A stretch of DNA of 64,000 bases from Bacteroidales bacterium UBA4181 (GTDB lineage Bacteria > Bacteroidota > Bacteroidia > Bacteroidales > UBA4181), in NCBI GenBank assembly GCA_002380425.1, contig DFUR01000035.1:27668-91667 (forward strand). Reading direction: 5' to 3'. Positions 27,845 to 39,147 of this stretch are shown in pieces; position 1 is the stretch's first letter; each line of letters starts with the position of its first letter. Made by a program: the position numbers and the translations under genes. Under the pieces are notes generated by a model, which did no database searches, was not told the origin of the DNA, and was given only the letters and a program-made list of their open reading frames with translations.

Positions 27845-28450
27845 ATGAGTTTTAGCCGTCTTTCAAGCAGGATCTTTCAGGAGGCCACCGAGGCTTACCA
27901 TCGTACTGACCATGTGGATGCTCCGATGCCCCGACCCTATGCTGACCGTACCATCGAGCATTTTCTGTTTCTGAAGAACTGGATTGATGCGGTTCAATGG
28001 CACCTGGAGGACATCATCCGGAATCCCGCCATTGACCCTGTGGAAGCTCTGGCCATCAAACGCCGCATTGATGCTTCGAATCAGGATCGGACCGACCTGG
28101 TGGAACTCATTGATAGTTATTTTCTGGATCAGTACAAGGAGGTCCGCTCCCTGCCGGAGGCTGCCATCAATACCGAAACCCCGGCCTGGGCCGTGGACAG
28201 GCTATCCATTCTGACCTTGAAGATATACCACATGAGGGAGGAATCCACCCGTGCAGAGGCTTCGGAGGAACATCGCCAGCGTTGTCAGGATAAACTCCGG
28301 GTGCTGCTCACCCAGCAGGAGGATCTTTCCCGTGCCATTGACCAGTTGCTTGAGGATATTGCCTCGGGCCGAAAGTATATGAAGTTGTACAAGCAGATGA
28401 AGATGTACAACGATCCTTCCCTGAACCCTGTTTTGTACGCTAAAAAGTAA
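27845..28450 (+). CDS. DUF4254 domain protein, which commonly accompanies Bacteroidota heptosyltransferase genes.
   Basis: 201 aa, soluble and helical. The stop is 3 nt before the GT9 gene. The family call is from memory of this conserved pairing, and the function is unknown. Confidence 0.6.
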   Translation: MSFSRLSSRIFQEATEAYHRTDHVDAPMPRPYADRTIEHFLFLKNWIDAVQWHLEDIIRNPAIDPVEALAIKRRIDASNQDRTDLVELIDSYFLDQYKEVRSLPEAAINTETPAWAVDRLSILTLKIYHMREESTRAEASEEHRQRCQDKLRVLLTQQEDLSRAIDQLLEDIASGRKYMKLYKQMKMYNDPSLNPVLYAKK

Positions 28451-28453
28451 CCG

Positions 28454-29497
28454 ATGGCCCGGATTCTGCTGTTGCGCTTCTCTGCCCTGGGTGATGTGGC
28501 CATGACGGTTCCGGTCATCCATTCGGTGGCAGTACAGTATCCCCAGCATGAATTTTTTGTTCTGAGCAGGGAAAAGTTCTTCCCCCTGTTTGAGCGGCTT
28601 CCGTCCAATGTGCGGTTTCTGGGGGTCAATTTCAAGCAGCAATACCGTGGGATTCGGGGCCTGAACCGGCTGTACGGGGAATTGAAGGCCTTTCACTTTG
28701 ATCGGGTGGCCGATCTGCACGGGGTGTTACGCACCTGGTATCTGGGGATTCTCTTTCGACTCTCCGGGGCAGCGGTGGTGACCATTGACAAGGGCAGGGT
28801 AGAAAAATACAATCTGGTTCGCAGAGAGGGGAAGGTATTCTGCCAGCTGAAGTCTTCATTTCAGAGGTATGCAGATGTTCTGGATCGCCTGGGCCTTCCG
28901 GTGGAATGGAACTTTACATCGGTGTTCGGCTCTGGAAGGGGCCCCCTCGAGGGACTGGAGCGATTTACCGGACCCAGAAACAGCGGACTGTGGATTGGGA
29001 TTGCTCCCTTTGCCCGTCATCCGGGCAAGGAATATCCGTTGCGGTTGCAAGAACAAGTCGTTGCCACCTTTGCGCGCGACCCCAGGGTGAAGGTCTTTCT
29101 CTTTGGGGGAGGCGACAGGGAAAAGCGTATTCTTGACGACTGGACTCAGAAGTATCCCGGTGTAGTTTCTGTGTTGGGGCTGCTCAATATGCGTGAGGAG
29201 CTCATTCTGATGAGTCATCTGGACTTGATGCTCACTATGGATTCGGCCAATATGCACCTGGCGTCCCTGGTGCGCACTCCCGTTGTCTCTGTCTGGGGTG
29301 CCACCCATCCTTTTGCGGGGTTCATGGGCTGGAACCAGACAGCCGAAAAATCCATTCAGGCCGATCTGGAATGTCGTCCATGCTCCATTTTTGGAGACAA
29401 ACCATGCTTTCGAAAGGATTATGCTTGTATGAACCGTATTGCTCCCGAGCGCATCATCCGTACCATTGAGAAAATCCTTTTCACAGCACCCCGATGA
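28454..29497 (+). CDS. Glycosyltransferase family 9 (LPS heptosyltransferase-like).
   Basis: 347 aa. N-terminus MARILLLRFSALGDVAMTVPVI. Also seen: GIAPFARHPGKEYP, DSANMHLASL. Confidence 0.85.
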   Translation: MARILLLRFSALGDVAMTVPVIHSVAVQYPQHEFFVLSREKFFPLFERLPSNVRFLGVNFKQQYRGIRGLNRLYGELKAFHFDRVADLHGVLRTWYLGILFRLSGAAVVTIDKGRVEKYNLVRREGKVFCQLKSSFQRYADVLDRLGLPVEWNFTSVFGSGRGPLEGLERFTGPRNSGLWIGIAPFARHPGKEYPLRLQEQVVATFARDPRVKVFLFGGGDREKRILDDWTQKYPGVVSVLGLLNMREELILMSHLDLMLTMDSANMHLASLVRTPVVSVWGATHPFAGFMGWNQTAEKSIQADLECRPCSIFGDKPCFRKDYACMNRIAPERIIRTIEKILFTAPR

Positions 29498-30444
29498 TCC
29501 GGATGGTGCTGCATCCGGACTTTGAACCGCTCAGAGATTTTGTGGAGCACCTCTGTACTGGTTTTCACGTTTCCGGCCAGGTGTTGTACCGGGGCCGGAA
29601 TGAACTCCGGATCTTTGAAACCCAGTCAGGACCTGTGGTTGTGAAACGGTTTCGAACGCCCCATATCATCAACAGAATTGCCTATACCTTCCTGCGTCCC
29701 TCCAAGGCAAGACGTTCCTATGAGTATGCCCGGGTGCTGTTGCACCGGGGTATCTCTACCCCTCATCCTGTGGGATATCTGGAAGAGTATGCGGGGGGGG
29801 TGCTTGCGCGGAGTTTTTATGTTTCCCGGTATGCCTCTGAGGCACGGAGCCTGCGTCCCTATCTGGACGGTACCCAAACCGATCCGGATATCCTGCGGGA
29901 ACTTGCCGGATTTATTGCTGAAATGCACGCACAGGGGGTGTTGCACCTGGACCTGTCGCCCGGAAACATCCTGATGGAATCCCTGCCCTCAGGGGTACAG
30001 TTTTCTCTGGTGGATATCAACAGGATGCGTTTCGCGCGTGACATTCCTTTTGGGGCTGCCTGCGCAAATTTCCAGGCTCTGGCTTGTTCCTCCGAAGCCT
30101 CTGCCCTGCTGGCGGAATGCTATGCTGCTTGCCGGGGGTGGGATCCTGTTGAGGTGCGGTCTGCGATAGATGCTGCATCGGACCGTTTTTTTGGAGGCAA
30201 GGCCGGACGTTTTGCCCGCAAGGCAGTGCGGCGTGAAAAGGGCTGGCTGTGTTCTGTTTTGGGCCCGGTGCAGGGCTACTATCTGTGCCGCACGGCGCGT
30301 AAGGTCATGCATCTTGCCGCATTGCGGGGAGCTCTGGCCATTCGGTGCCGCGAACTCGAAACAGCTCTGTATTACCGTTGGATGCTTCCCGGAGATCTGC
30401 GCCGGGTGCTGGAGCGACGAAACGGATATCGCAGAAGCCCATAA
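29494..30444 (+). CDS. Lipopolysaccharide kinase family protein (Kdo/WaaP/InaA-type).
   Basis: 316 aa. It overlaps the GT9 gene by the 4-nt ATGA. VVVKRF supplies the lysine, the catalytic loop is GVLHLDLSPGNIL, and a DIN(R) metal-binding segment is present. Confidence 0.75.
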   Translation: MIRMVLHPDFEPLRDFVEHLCTGFHVSGQVLYRGRNELRIFETQSGPVVVKRFRTPHIINRIAYTFLRPSKARRSYEYARVLLHRGISTPHPVGYLEEYAGGVLARSFYVSRYASEARSLRPYLDGTQTDPDILRELAGFIAEMHAQGVLHLDLSPGNILMESLPSGVQFSLVDINRMRFARDIPFGAACANFQALACSSEASALLAECYAACRGWDPVEVRSAIDAASDRFFGGKAGRFARKAVRREKGWLCSVLGPVQGYYLCRTARKVMHLAALRGALAIRCRELETALYYRWMLPGDLRRVLERRNGYRRSP

Positions 30445-30504
30445 GTCTCCCGTGGCGTTCCGGGATGTCTCCGTCCGAAAAGGGGGCCACCTTCAGGTCC
30501 ATGG

Positions 30505-31365
30505 TCAGTCCTTGACTGCCCGGATCAGGGCTCTGCGCAGATAGGGTGGGGAGAGTTTCTGCCGGTTGTAGTAAAACAGCATGTATCCCCGGGAGAATTC
30601 GGTTTTGAATCCGTGTCCATTCAACAGTTCCATGAATTCCTGGTCGTCTCCCTGCCGGTGATAGGTGCACAGGGCCAGGCGCATGGGGTGGGCTTCCCGG
30701 AGGGTGTTTGTGGCTCCTGCAAGCAACTCCCGTTCAGCTCCGTCCACATCGATCTTCACGAAATTAATCTCCGGGTCGTCTTCCATCAGGGTGTCCAGAG
30801 TGATGCAATCCTGATCGTCGTGGTCCGAAACAAATTTGTGCAGAATGGTCACCTTGTCCCGCCAGGGAGCAAAGGTGGCGCGCAATGCCTCAATCCACTC
30901 ACCGTCAGCCTCTATCAGGTAGATTCTTTTAACTTTATCCACGACTGAAAGGGCGAAGTTGCCTTCAGCGGCACCGATGTCCACCAGTACGTCCCCTGCT
31001 TCAACCCGGAATTGGTCAGTAAGGTAACGGTGGGGGGATGTGGGGTCCTGCTCCAGCCGCAAAGCATTGTATTTTCTGCGGATTTTGCTCCCTTTCCAGC
31101 TTTTTTTGAGGTAGATACGATGGCCGTCCTGCAAGGTATAAGGCAGGGCGCAGGCTGTGTCGTAGAACACCGGGACATCCTGTGGCCGGTAGTGTTCACA
31201 GAATGAGTATGGGAAGATCCAGGCGGGGTGGTTGCGCAGATACGCGACGACCTCCACTTGTTCCTCGTTGCATGTGCCGGAAGGCAGAGCATCGTAATAG
31301 GCCACAACGGCCCGGCTTAGTCGCCATTGTTTGTTCAGAAAACGCAGGAAGCGGGGTGTGTTCAT
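30505..31365 (-). CDS. FkbM-family SAM-dependent methyltransferase.
   Basis: The ORF is 30505..31809. The start is placed at ATG 31365 (MNTPRFLRFL...), which gives an ATGA overlap with the upstream gene. Motifs seen: VLVDIGAAEGNFALS, FVKIDVDGAERELLAG. Confidence 0.8.
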   Translation of the reverse strand: MNTPRFLRFLNKQWRLSRAVVAYYDALPSGTCNEEQVEVVAYLRNHPAWIFPYSFCEHYRPQDVPVFYDTACALPYTLQDGHRIYLKKSWKGSKIRRKYNALRLEQDPTSPHRYLTDQFRVEAGDVLVDIGAAEGNFALSVVDKVKRIYLIEADGEWIEALRATFAPWRDKVTILHKFVSDHDDQDCITLDTLMEDDPEINFVKIDVDGAERELLAGATNTLREAHPMRLALCTYHRQGDDQEFMELLNGHGFKTEFSRGYMLFYYNRQKLSPPYLRRALIRAVKD

Positions 31366-32183
31366 GATGTGGTGGGAAGGGTTTGCTTGAGGATCAGAGG
31401 GAACCAGAATCTTTTCATTTTGCGTCCGTACCACGAGTGGCAGCCAAAGGGGAGCTGATTGCCGTTGAGCCGGAAACACAGTGCAGGATACTTGTCGAAC
31501 GAAAACTTCAGGGCTTCCATGTAGTGGGGATAATGGAATCCCATTTGATGCCGGTTGACTTCCACGGCGAAGAAGACATCTTCGTGAAAGATGTGGTTGT
31601 GCTTGTGCGCCAGATAGAATTCGATCACTTTCGATAAATCCCGGGTGGCTTTCAGGTGGCTGCTCACTTTGCGCAGGGAGAATCCTCCATTGCCCACCCG
31701 GTAACGGGTAATCTGTCCGTTGGGTGTCCCCGTTGCAAGACAGTATTGTTTTTTGAGCCAGGAAGCCAGTCGGAACAGCGGGAACCGGTACACCGGACGT
31801 ACCAGCCAAGGGGCTCCGATATAGTCATAACCTTGGGCACACCAGTACTCGAGTTCATCCCGGAAAACATAGGCATCCAGCTGATGGATCAGGATATAGG
31901 TGCTGTCAGCAAACCGCTCGTAGAAGCAGGGGGAAAGCATCAGCGCGTTGTATCCGCTGATGCCGGCAAAATATCTATCCTCAAAGGCTTCGAACCTGGT
32001 CGTTGGCAAGGTTGTCTTCAGTCCTGACACATCCAGACTGCGGGGATGAATCACAGCCATGGGATACCGGCCAAGCACTGCACATGCCTGAGAGAGCGAT
32101 ATCTGTTCAAAGTCGCTCAGGGTGGGGCGGTATATGGGGACTACGACACTTACGTTGTTCATCAGGGGCCTTGCAGCTGACAC
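31362..32183 (-). CDS. DUF5672-like protein (putative glycosyltransferase-related, LPS/glycan modification).
   Basis: 273 aa. Motifs seen: VSVVVPIYRP and YILIHQLDAYVFRDELEYWCAQGYDYIGAPW. An alternative start at ATG 32162 (MNNVSV...) is favoured if the near-consensus -7 box TACTTTCG (minus strand, 32188-32195) is used. Confidence 0.6.
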   Translation of the reverse strand: MSAARPLMNNVSVVVPIYRPTLSDFEQISLSQACAVLGRYPMAVIHPRSLDVSGLKTTLPTTRFEAFEDRYFAGISGYNALMLSPCFYERFADSTYILIHQLDAYVFRDELEYWCAQGYDYIGAPWLVRPVYRFPLFRLASWLKKQYCLATGTPNGQITRYRVGNGGFSLRKVSSHLKATRDLSKVIEFYLAHKHNHIFHEDVFFAVEVNRHQMGFHYPHYMEALKFSFDKYPALCFRLNGNQLPFGCHSWYGRKMKRFWFPLILKQTLPTTS

Positions 32184-32232
32184 CCTGCGAAAGTACGAAT
32201 TTTTCCTTCAGGATAATCCGTGTATATTTTGG

Positions 32233-32240
32233 TATCTTTG
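32233..32240 (+). promoter_or_regulatory. -7 promoter box (TATCTTTG) for mrp-leuS.
   Basis: Exact TAnnTTTG match 34 nt upstream of ATG 32274. Confidence 0.45.
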
Positions 32241-32273
32241 CCCCCGATACAGACAACCATAAAAGGCACCATT

Positions 32274-33329
32274 ATGACACCGAATCAGGAACAAATCCTG
32301 GCAGCTCTCAAGCATGTGAAGCATCCAGGCATGGAGCAGAATATTGTGGACGCCGGGATGGTTTCAGACGTGCGGGCAGAGGGTTCTCAGGTATTTTTCT
32401 CGCTCACGTTCCCCAAAACCAATGATCCCCTTTCCTCCGCAGTGGTCAAGGCCTGTACCAAGGCACTCAAAGTCTATGTGCACCCTGATGCAGAGGCTCA
32501 TGTGACCCTCAAGGTGCATCGTGCCGCAGAGCCTCCTGTCGCTACTGAGTTGCAGGCCAGGCATACCATAGCTGTTGCATCGGGTAAGGGGGGTGTGGGA
32601 AAATCCACCGTTGCCGTGAATCTGGCTGTGGCTCTGGCCGGGGCCGGGTACCGGGTAGGGCTTCTGGATGCCGACGTGTACGGTCCGTCTGTGCCCAAGA
32701 TGTTTCGGGCTGAAGATGCGGTGCCCGTTGCCATCAGCCGGGACGGGAAGGACTGGATTCAGCCTGTGGAAAAGTACGGGGTGAAGATGTTGTCCATTGG
32801 ATTCTTTGTCAAACCAGAGCAAGCTGTGGTATGGCGGGGGCCTATGGCTACCAGTGCTCTCAAGCAATTGGTAAACCAGGGAGACTGGGGTGAGCTGGAT
32901 TTTCTGCTCATTGATATGCCCCCTGGTACCGGAGATGTCCACATCACCATTGCTCAGGAGCTCAAACTGACCGGTGCTGTGATTGTCAGTACCCCTCAGG
33001 AAGTGGCTCTCTCTGATGTCATCAAGGGGATTGCTATGTTCCGGGCGGAGCATGTGGAAGTGGAGGTCCTGGGGCTGATTGAGAATATGTCCTGGTTTAC
33101 CCCTGCGGAACTTCCGGATCACAGGTATTTCATCTTTGGCAAGGAGGGCTGTAAACGGCTTGCCGATGAAATGGAACTCCCTCTGCTGGGGCAGATTCCT
33201 CTGGTTCAGAGCATATGTGAAGGCGGAGATATTGGCGTGCCCCCGGCCCTGGATCTGGAGAGTGTTACCGGGGCGGCTTTCCGGCAGTTGGCCGGAAGGT
33301 TGGTGGACGTGTTGAACAAGCAAGCATAA
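32274..33329 (+). CDS. Mrp/NBP35-family iron-sulfur cluster carrier ATPase (ApbC-like).
   Basis: The ORF is 32220..33329. The start is placed at ATG 32274, downstream of the -7 box. An N-terminal DUF59-like segment is present ([23 protein letters not shown]). Deviant Walker [11 protein letters not shown] and DMPPGTGD are seen. Confidence 0.9.
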   Translation: MTPNQEQILAALKHVKHPGMEQNIVDAGMVSDVRAEGSQVFFSLTFPKTNDPLSSAVVKACTKALKVYVHPDAEAHVTLKVHRAAEPPVATELQARHTIAVASGKGGVGKSTVAVNLAVALAGAGYRVGLLDADVYGPSVPKMFRAEDAVPVAISRDGKDWIQPVEKYGVKMLSIGFFVKPEQAVVWRGPMATSALKQLVNQGDWGELDFLLIDMPPGTGDVHITIAQELKLTGAVIVSTPQEVALSDVIKGIAMFRAEHVEVEVLGLIENMSWFTPAELPDHRYFIFGKEGCKRLADEMELPLLGQIPLVQSICEGGDIGVPPALDLESVTGAAFRQLAGRLVDVLNKQA

Positions 33330-33345
33330 AAGTCAGACTGAGTAT

Positions 33346-36105
33346 ATGGAGTACCAATTTTCGGAGATTGAGGCTAAATGGCAGAAGGCATGGGAGGAGC
33401 AGGGCACCTACAAGGTGACCGAGGACCCTTCCCTTCCTAAGTTCTATGTTTTGGACATGTTCCCGTACCCATCCGGGGCGGGTTTGCATGTGGGGCATCC
33501 CCTGGGATACATTGCCTCGGATATCTATGCCCGTTTCAAGCGGCTCAAGGGGTACAATGTATTGCACCCCATGGGGTATGATGCTTTTGGCCTTCCGGCC
33601 GAGCAATATGCCATACAGACGGGGCAGCATCCCTCTGAGACTACCCGGAAGAATGCCGCACGATATCGGGAGCAACTCGATAAAATCGGGTTTTCCTTTG
33701 ACTGGTCCAGGGAAGTGCGGACCTGTGACCCGGCGTATTACCGGTGGACCCAGTGGGCCTTCATTCAGATGTTTCATTCCTGGTATAACAAGGAAACCGA
33801 CAGGGCAGAACCGGTGGCGCAACTCGTTGCACTGTTCGAAAAGCAGGGAAACCGGGAGGTGCCTGCCGCACATTCCTGTCCCGTGGTGTTCACGGCAAAG
33901 GAGTGGAAGGCTATGGATGAACCACAACGCATGAAGATACTGCTGGATTATCGGCTGGCGTATCTGGCCGACACCATGGTGAACTGGTGTCCGGGTCTGG
34001 GTACGGTGCTGGCTAATGACGAAGTCAAAGATGGGGTGTCGGTTCGTGGCGGCCATGTGGTACTCCAGAAACAGATGAAGCAGTGGTCGCTCCGAATCTC
34101 TGCCTATGCGCAGCGGTTGCTTGATGGGCTGGACCAGGTGGAATGGACCGAGTCCCTCAAGGACATTCAGCGACACTGGATTGGCCGGAGCGAGGGCGCC
34201 GAGGTGTTCTTCCCCGTTCGCGGGCTCAAGGAGTCCATGCTGATTTACACCACCCGTGCCGACACCATGTTCGGGGTGACCTTCATGGTGCTGGCCCCCG
34301 AGAGTGAATGGGTGCAAAAGGTAACTTCACCCGAACAAAAAGCTGCCGTTCAGGAATACCTGGAACAGGTCAGCCACCGCAATGAGCGCGAACGTCAGGC
34401 GGAAACCCGGACTATGACCGGGGTCTTCACCGGGGGGTATGCCCTCAATCCTTTCTCCGGCAAGGAGGTTCCCATCTGGGTCAGTGATTATGTTCTGGCG
34501 GGATACGGCACCGGGGCGATTATGGCTGTTCCGGCCCATGACAGCCGCGACTATGTCTTTGCCAAAACCTTCGGTCTCCCCATCGTCCCCCTCATCGAAG
34601 GGTGCGATGTCTCCACGGAGAGTCTGGATGCCAAGGAAGGGATTATGATGAACTCGGGCTTTCTCAACGGGAAGACGGTAAAGGAGGCCATCCCGATAGC
34701 CATACGTGAGGTGGAAGCCCGCGGAATCGGACGCCGCAAGGTCAATTACCGGCTGCGCGATGCCATTTTCAGCCGCCAGCGGTACTGGGGCGAACCCTTC
34801 CCCGTCTATTACCGGGAGGGGATTCCATATACTGTGGAGGAGAAGGATCTCCCGGTAGTGCTGCCTGAGGTGGATGTTTATCTCCCCACTGAGGCCGGGG
34901 ATCCGCCTCTGGGCCGGGCAAAGGACTGGACATACAAGGGCTATCCCATGGAGCTCAGTACCATGCCAGGGTTTGCAGGCTCTTCGGCCTATTATTTCCA
35001 TTACATGGATCCGGGGAACCCCCACCGTCTGGTTTCAGAGGATGCTGTCCGCTATTGGAAGAGTGTTGATTTGTATGTGGGAGGTACCGAGCATGCCACA
35101 GGACACCTCATTTACAGCCGGTTCTGGTGTAAATTCTTGTATGATATCGGAGTTGTCCCCGAGGACGAGCCTTTCAGGAAGTTGATCAATCAGGGCATGA
35201 TACAGGGGCGTTCAAATTTTGTGTATCGCGTTCGGGGCACCAACCAGTTTGTTTCGTTGCATCTCAAGGACCAGTACGACACTACGGAGCTCCATGTGGA
35301 TATTTCACTGGTGCAGAACGATGTGCTGGACATCGAACGCTTCAGGGCGTGGTCCCCTGACTATGCCGATGCGGAGTTCATTCTGGAGGACGGTAAGTAT
35401 GTCTGCGGATGGGCGGTGGAGAAGATGTCCAAGTCTATGTACAATGTGGTCAACCCCGACGAAGTCGTGTCCCGGTATGGTGCCGATACCCTGAGAATGT
35501 ACGAGATGTTCCTGGGCCCCGTGGAACAGTCCAAACCCTGGGATACATCCGGGATAGAGGGAGTGCACAGGTTTCTGAAGAAATTTTGGAATCTGTTCCG
35601 GGACCGAAGCGGCGCGTGGTGTGTGGAGGATGTGGCCCCCACAGAGAAGGAACTGAAGATTCTGCATCGCACTATGGCCAGGATAGAGAACAATATTGAG
35701 CAGTTTTCTATGAATACCGCTGTGAGCAGTTTCATGATTTGTGTCAACGAACTTCAGGAACTGCGTTGCTGCAAACGACAAATCCTGGAACCCCTGCTGG
35801 TGACCCTGGCTCCCTTTGCTCCTCACATCACCGAGGAACTCTGGCACAGGCTGGGACACACCGCAAGCATTCACCAGGCCACGTTCCCTGTGGCCGATGT
35901 AAAATATCTGGTGGAGAATGAGTTTGCATACCCGGTGTCGTTCAACGGGAAGACCCGCTTTACCCTCACCCTGGGATTGGATCTGGACCGTGATGCGGTG
36001 GAGCAAGCCGTTTTAACTGATGCCAACACGCTGAAATACCTTGACGGAAAACCCGTCAGGAAGGTGGTCGTGGTTCCGGGAAGGATCGTGAATATTGTAT
36101 TTTAG
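33346..36105 (+). CDS. leuS: Leucine--tRNA ligase.
   Basis: 919 aa. HIGH motif ([10 protein letters not shown]), the CP1 editing domain, and KMSKS (EKMSKSMYN). Confidence 0.95.
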   Translation: MEYQFSEIEAKWQKAWEEQGTYKVTEDPSLPKFYVLDMFPYPSGAGLHVGHPLGYIASDIYARFKRLKGYNVLHPMGYDAFGLPAEQYAIQTGQHPSETTRKNAARYREQLDKIGFSFDWSREVRTCDPAYYRWTQWAFIQMFHSWYNKETDRAEPVAQLVALFEKQGNREVPAAHSCPVVFTAKEWKAMDEPQRMKILLDYRLAYLADTMVNWCPGLGTVLANDEVKDGVSVRGGHVVLQKQMKQWSLRISAYAQRLLDGLDQVEWTESLKDIQRHWIGRSEGAEVFFPVRGLKESMLIYTTRADTMFGVTFMVLAPESEWVQKVTSPEQKAAVQEYLEQVSHRNERERQAETRTMTGVFTGGYALNPFSGKEVPIWVSDYVLAGYGTGAIMAVPAHDSRDYVFAKTFGLPIVPLIEGCDVSTESLDAKEGIMMNSGFLNGKTVKEAIPIAIREVEARGIGRRKVNYRLRDAIFSRQRYWGEPFPVYYREGIPYTVEEKDLPVVLPEVDVYLPTEAGDPPLGRAKDWTYKGYPMELSTMPGFAGSSAYYFHYMDPGNPHRLVSEDAVRYWKSVDLYVGGTEHATGHLIYSRFWCKFLYDIGVVPEDEPFRKLINQGMIQGRSNFVYRVRGTNQFVSLHLKDQYDTTELHVDISLVQNDVLDIERFRAWSPDYADAEFILEDGKYVCGWAVEKMSKSMYNVVNPDEVVSRYGADTLRMYEMFLGPVEQSKPWDTSGIEGVHRFLKKFWNLFRDRSGAWCVEDVAPTEKELKILHRTMARIENNIEQFSMNTAVSSFMICVNELQELRCCKRQILEPLLVTLAPFAPHITEELWHRLGHTASIHQATFPVADVKYLVENEFAYPVSFNGKTRFTLTLGLDLDRDAVEQAVLTDANTLKYLDGKPVRKVVVVPGRIVNIVF

Positions 36106-36992
36106 CCCCTTAGCGCCGCAGCGCCACTGACGATTTCGGAAATCTCGTTGGTGATTGCTGCCTGGCGTGCCTTGTTGTATTGCAGGGTAAGGTCGCTGAT
36201 GAGCTGGGTGGCGTTGTCGGTGGCTTGTGTCATGGCCGTCATCCGCGCACCATGTTCTGATGCGGCTGAGTCAATCAGTGCTTTGTATATCTGCAACTTA
36301 AGGGTTTGAGGAATCAACTCTCCCAGAATGATGGCCGAGTCTGGTTCAAAGAGGTAATCGGGCCGGATGCCACTCTGGTCCTTGGTGCTTGCTGCTGAGG
36401 GTTTCATCTTCAGAGGCAGAAACTGTTCAGAGGTCACCCGGTGCAACGAGGCGTTTTGGAATTGGCTGTAAACCAAATCAATGCGTGAGTATTCCCCGGT
36501 GGAAAATGCTTCCATAAGCTGGGCAGCCAATGCCACAGCCTGTTCAAAGGAAGGGGTGTCGGTACATTGCACGCTTGCTTTTGCCAGGGGGAAGCCTTTC
36601 TTGCGCAACAGGTCGGACCCTTTCTTTCCGATGGCCAGGAAGTCAGTCTTTTGGTGCTGGGGCTGCCCGGCGAAGGTTCCGGCGAGCTCAATAGCCTTAC
36701 GCACGATATTCCCGTTCAGGGCTCCGCACAGGCCCCGCTGCGAAGTGATGGTCACGATCAGAACCCGTTCGGGAGCTCTCTCGGTGAGCAGCGGATGTTC
36801 CAGAGACTCGCCCAGATTTTCCGTTACCCGGCCCAGAATCTGCTGCATCCGGTTGGCGTAAGGGCGTAAGCGGATTACCCGGTCCTGAACCTTCCGAAGT
36901 TTGGCGGCAGCCACCATTTTCATGGCCGAAGTAATCTGGCGGGTGGACCGGACTGAGACGATGCGCTGTTTGATCTCCTTTTGGCTGGCCAT
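36102..36992 (-). CDS. atpG: F0F1 ATP synthase subunit gamma.
   Basis: 296 aa. N-terminus [34 protein letters not shown], and C-terminus [24 protein letters not shown]. Confidence 0.93.
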   Translation of the reverse strand: MASQKEIKQRIVSVRSTRQITSAMKMVAAAKLRKVQDRVIRLRPYANRMQQILGRVTENLGESLEHPLLTERAPERVLIVTITSQRGLCGALNGNIVRKAIELAGTFAGQPQHQKTDFLAIGKKGSDLLRKKGFPLAKASVQCTDTPSFEQAVALAAQLMEAFSTGEYSRIDLVYSQFQNASLHRVTSEQFLPLKMKPSAASTKDQSGIRPDYLFEPDSAIILGELIPQTLKLQIYKALIDSAASEHGARMTAMTQATDNATQLISDLTLQYNKARQAAITNEISEIVSGAAALRG

Positions 36993-36994
36993 GG

Positions 36995-38572
36995 TTACTT
37001 GTATTTTTCAGCGATCTGGAGGGCAACGCGTTCCAGGGTGTCTGCCAGCTCATCATTCCAGTTTCCCTTGCGGAGTTCGCCAAGGACTTCCCTGTGGCTG
37101 TTTTCGAGGTATCCCAGAAAGTCATCCTGAAACTCCCGCACTTTGTTTTCAGGAACCGATTTGAGCAGGCCCCGGGTACCGCAGAAGATGATGGCCACCT
37201 GATGCTCGACGCTCATGGGGGCATGGAGCCCCTGTTTGAGAATCTGCACATTCTTCCGGCCCTTATCGAGAATGGACATGGTAGCGGCATCAAGGTCTGA
37301 TCCAAATTTGGAGAAAGCCTCTAGTTCCCGGAATTGGGCCTGGTCGAGCTTGAGGGTCCCTGCCACCTTTTTCATGCACTTAATCTGGGCATTTCCACCC
37401 ACCCGGGACACCGAAATCCCCACGTTGATGGCAGGTCGGATACCGGCATTGAACAGGCTCGATTCGAGGTATATCTGCCCGTCCGTGATGGAGATAACAT
37501 TGGTGGGAATGTAGGCGGACACGTCCGAGGCCTGGGTTTCGATGATGGGTAGCGCGGTGAGGGAACCCCCGCCTTTGACTTTGTCGCGCAGGGCATCGGG
37601 CAGGTCATTCATCTGGGCCGCCAGTTCATCAGACTCAATAATCTTTGCCGCTCTTTCGAGCAGGCGGGAATGCAGGTAAAAGACGTCTCCCGGGTAGGCT
37701 TCCCTTCCGGGCGGGCGGCGCAGCAACAGAGACACTTCCCGGTAGGCAACGGCCTGCTTGGAGAGGTCGTCGTAAATCACCAGAGCCGGACGGCCTGTGT
37801 CGCGGAAGTATTCCCCGATGGTGGCCCCGGCAAAAGGAGCAAAATACTGAAGAGCGGCGGGATCAGAGGCCGTGGCTGAGATAATCACGGTGTAGGGCAT
37901 GGCCCCGTATTCCTCCAGAGTCCTGGCGATGCCTGCAACCGTGGAACCCTTCTGTCCCACAGCTACATAAATGCAGTACACCGGTTTGCCCTGCTCGTAG
38001 AATTCTTTCTGGTTGATGATGGTGTCCACCGCAATGGACGTTTTCCCGGTTTGCCGGTCCCCGATGATGAGTTCCCGCTGGCCGCGGCCGATGGGAATCA
38101 TGGCGTCGATGGCCTTGATCCCGGTCTGCAGGGGCTCCTTCACCGGCTGCCGGTAAATTACCCCGGGGGCTTTCCGTTCCAGGGGAAGCTCCATGCGTTG
38201 TCCTCCGATCGGACCTTTTCCGTCCAGAGGGTCCCCGATGGTGTTGATCACCCTACCCAGCAGGCCTTCGCCAACTTCGATAGAGGCAATCCTCCGGAGT
38301 CTTTTCACCTGGTCCCCTTCGCGCACTTTTTCGGAAGAACCCAACAGTACGGCTCCGACATTGTCTTCTTCGAGGTTCAGCACAATTCCCTTGATGCCGC
38401 TCTCGAATTCAATCATCTCGTTCGATTCCACATTCATCAGCCCATATATACGGGCAATACCGTCACCCACCGTGAGGACGGTTCCGACCTCTTCGAGTTC
38501 TGCTTCGGTTTTGAATCCTTCTATCTGCTGCCTGAGGATTTCGGATACTTCTGAGGGTTTGATATTGATCAT
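36995..38572 (-). CDS. atpA: F0F1 ATP synthase subunit alpha.
   Basis: 525 aa. Walker [10 protein letters not shown], plus [22 protein letters not shown]. Confidence 0.96.
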   Translation of the reverse strand: MINIKPSEVSEILRQQIEGFKTEAELEEVGTVLTVGDGIARIYGLMNVESNEMIEFESGIKGIVLNLEEDNVGAVLLGSSEKVREGDQVKRLRRIASIEVGEGLLGRVINTIGDPLDGKGPIGGQRMELPLERKAPGVIYRQPVKEPLQTGIKAIDAMIPIGRGQRELIIGDRQTGKTSIAVDTIINQKEFYEQGKPVYCIYVAVGQKGSTVAGIARTLEEYGAMPYTVIISATASDPAALQYFAPFAGATIGEYFRDTGRPALVIYDDLSKQAVAYREVSLLLRRPPGREAYPGDVFYLHSRLLERAAKIIESDELAAQMNDLPDALRDKVKGGGSLTALPIIETQASDVSAYIPTNVISITDGQIYLESSLFNAGIRPAINVGISVSRVGGNAQIKCMKKVAGTLKLDQAQFRELEAFSKFGSDLDAATMSILDKGRKNVQILKQGLHAPMSVEHQVAIIFCGTRGLLKSVPENKVREFQDDFLGYLENSHREVLGELRKGNWNDELADTLERVALQIAEKYK

Positions 38573-38595
38573 GACATTCTTGGTTTTCCTGAGAT

Positions 38596-39144
38596 TTAGG
38601 ATAGGTTGCGGCGGGTGAGGGCCTGCTGGATTTTCTTGAGTCCGGAGGCAATGCTGGTGTCGTAGCGGTCGTCGCCCACCCTGAGGACGTATCCGCCCAT
38701 CAGCTCCGGATCCTGGCGGAATTCCATGTCCACGATGGACTGGTAACTTGCTTCGACCGCAGTCCGGATGGCCTGCGCCAGTTCGTCTGTGACGGGGACA
38801 GCCGTGGTGCAGACGGCCGAGCGGATGCCCCGGGTTTCACGGGCCATGCGCAGGAAACTGCGGGCAATATCGGGGAGCAACGCTTCGCGTCGGTTTCTGG
38901 CCAGCAGGGAGAGGAATCCCATGGAGGCCGCGGAGATGCGGGAGCCGAAGATAAGTTGCAGGGCACGGGCCTTACCGGAGGAACGCACGACAGGGTTGCC
39001 CAGTAGCAGGCTGAGTTCCCCTGAAGCGGCTATTACTCCGGAAATCAGCTCCATATCCTGCTCCAGTGGCTCCAGTTGTTCCTGAGCCTTGCCGATACTC
39101 AGCAAGGCCCGGGCATATCTCACCGCGATGATGCTTTCGTTCAT
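38596..39144 (-). CDS. atpH: F0F1 ATP synthase subunit delta (OSCP).
   Basis: 182 aa. [11 protein letters not shown] at the N-terminus and [23 protein letters not shown] at the C-terminus. Its position between atpF and atpA fits. Confidence 0.9.
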   Translation of the reverse strand: MNESIIAVRYARALLSIGKAQEQLEPLEQDMELISGVIAASGELSLLLGNPVVRSSGKARALQLIFGSRISAASMGFLSLLARNRREALLPDIARSFLRMARETRGIRSAVCTTAVPVTDELAQAIRTAVEASYQSIVDMEFRQDPELMGGYVLRVGDDRYDTSIASGLKKIQQALTRRNLS

Positions 39145-39147
39145 GGA

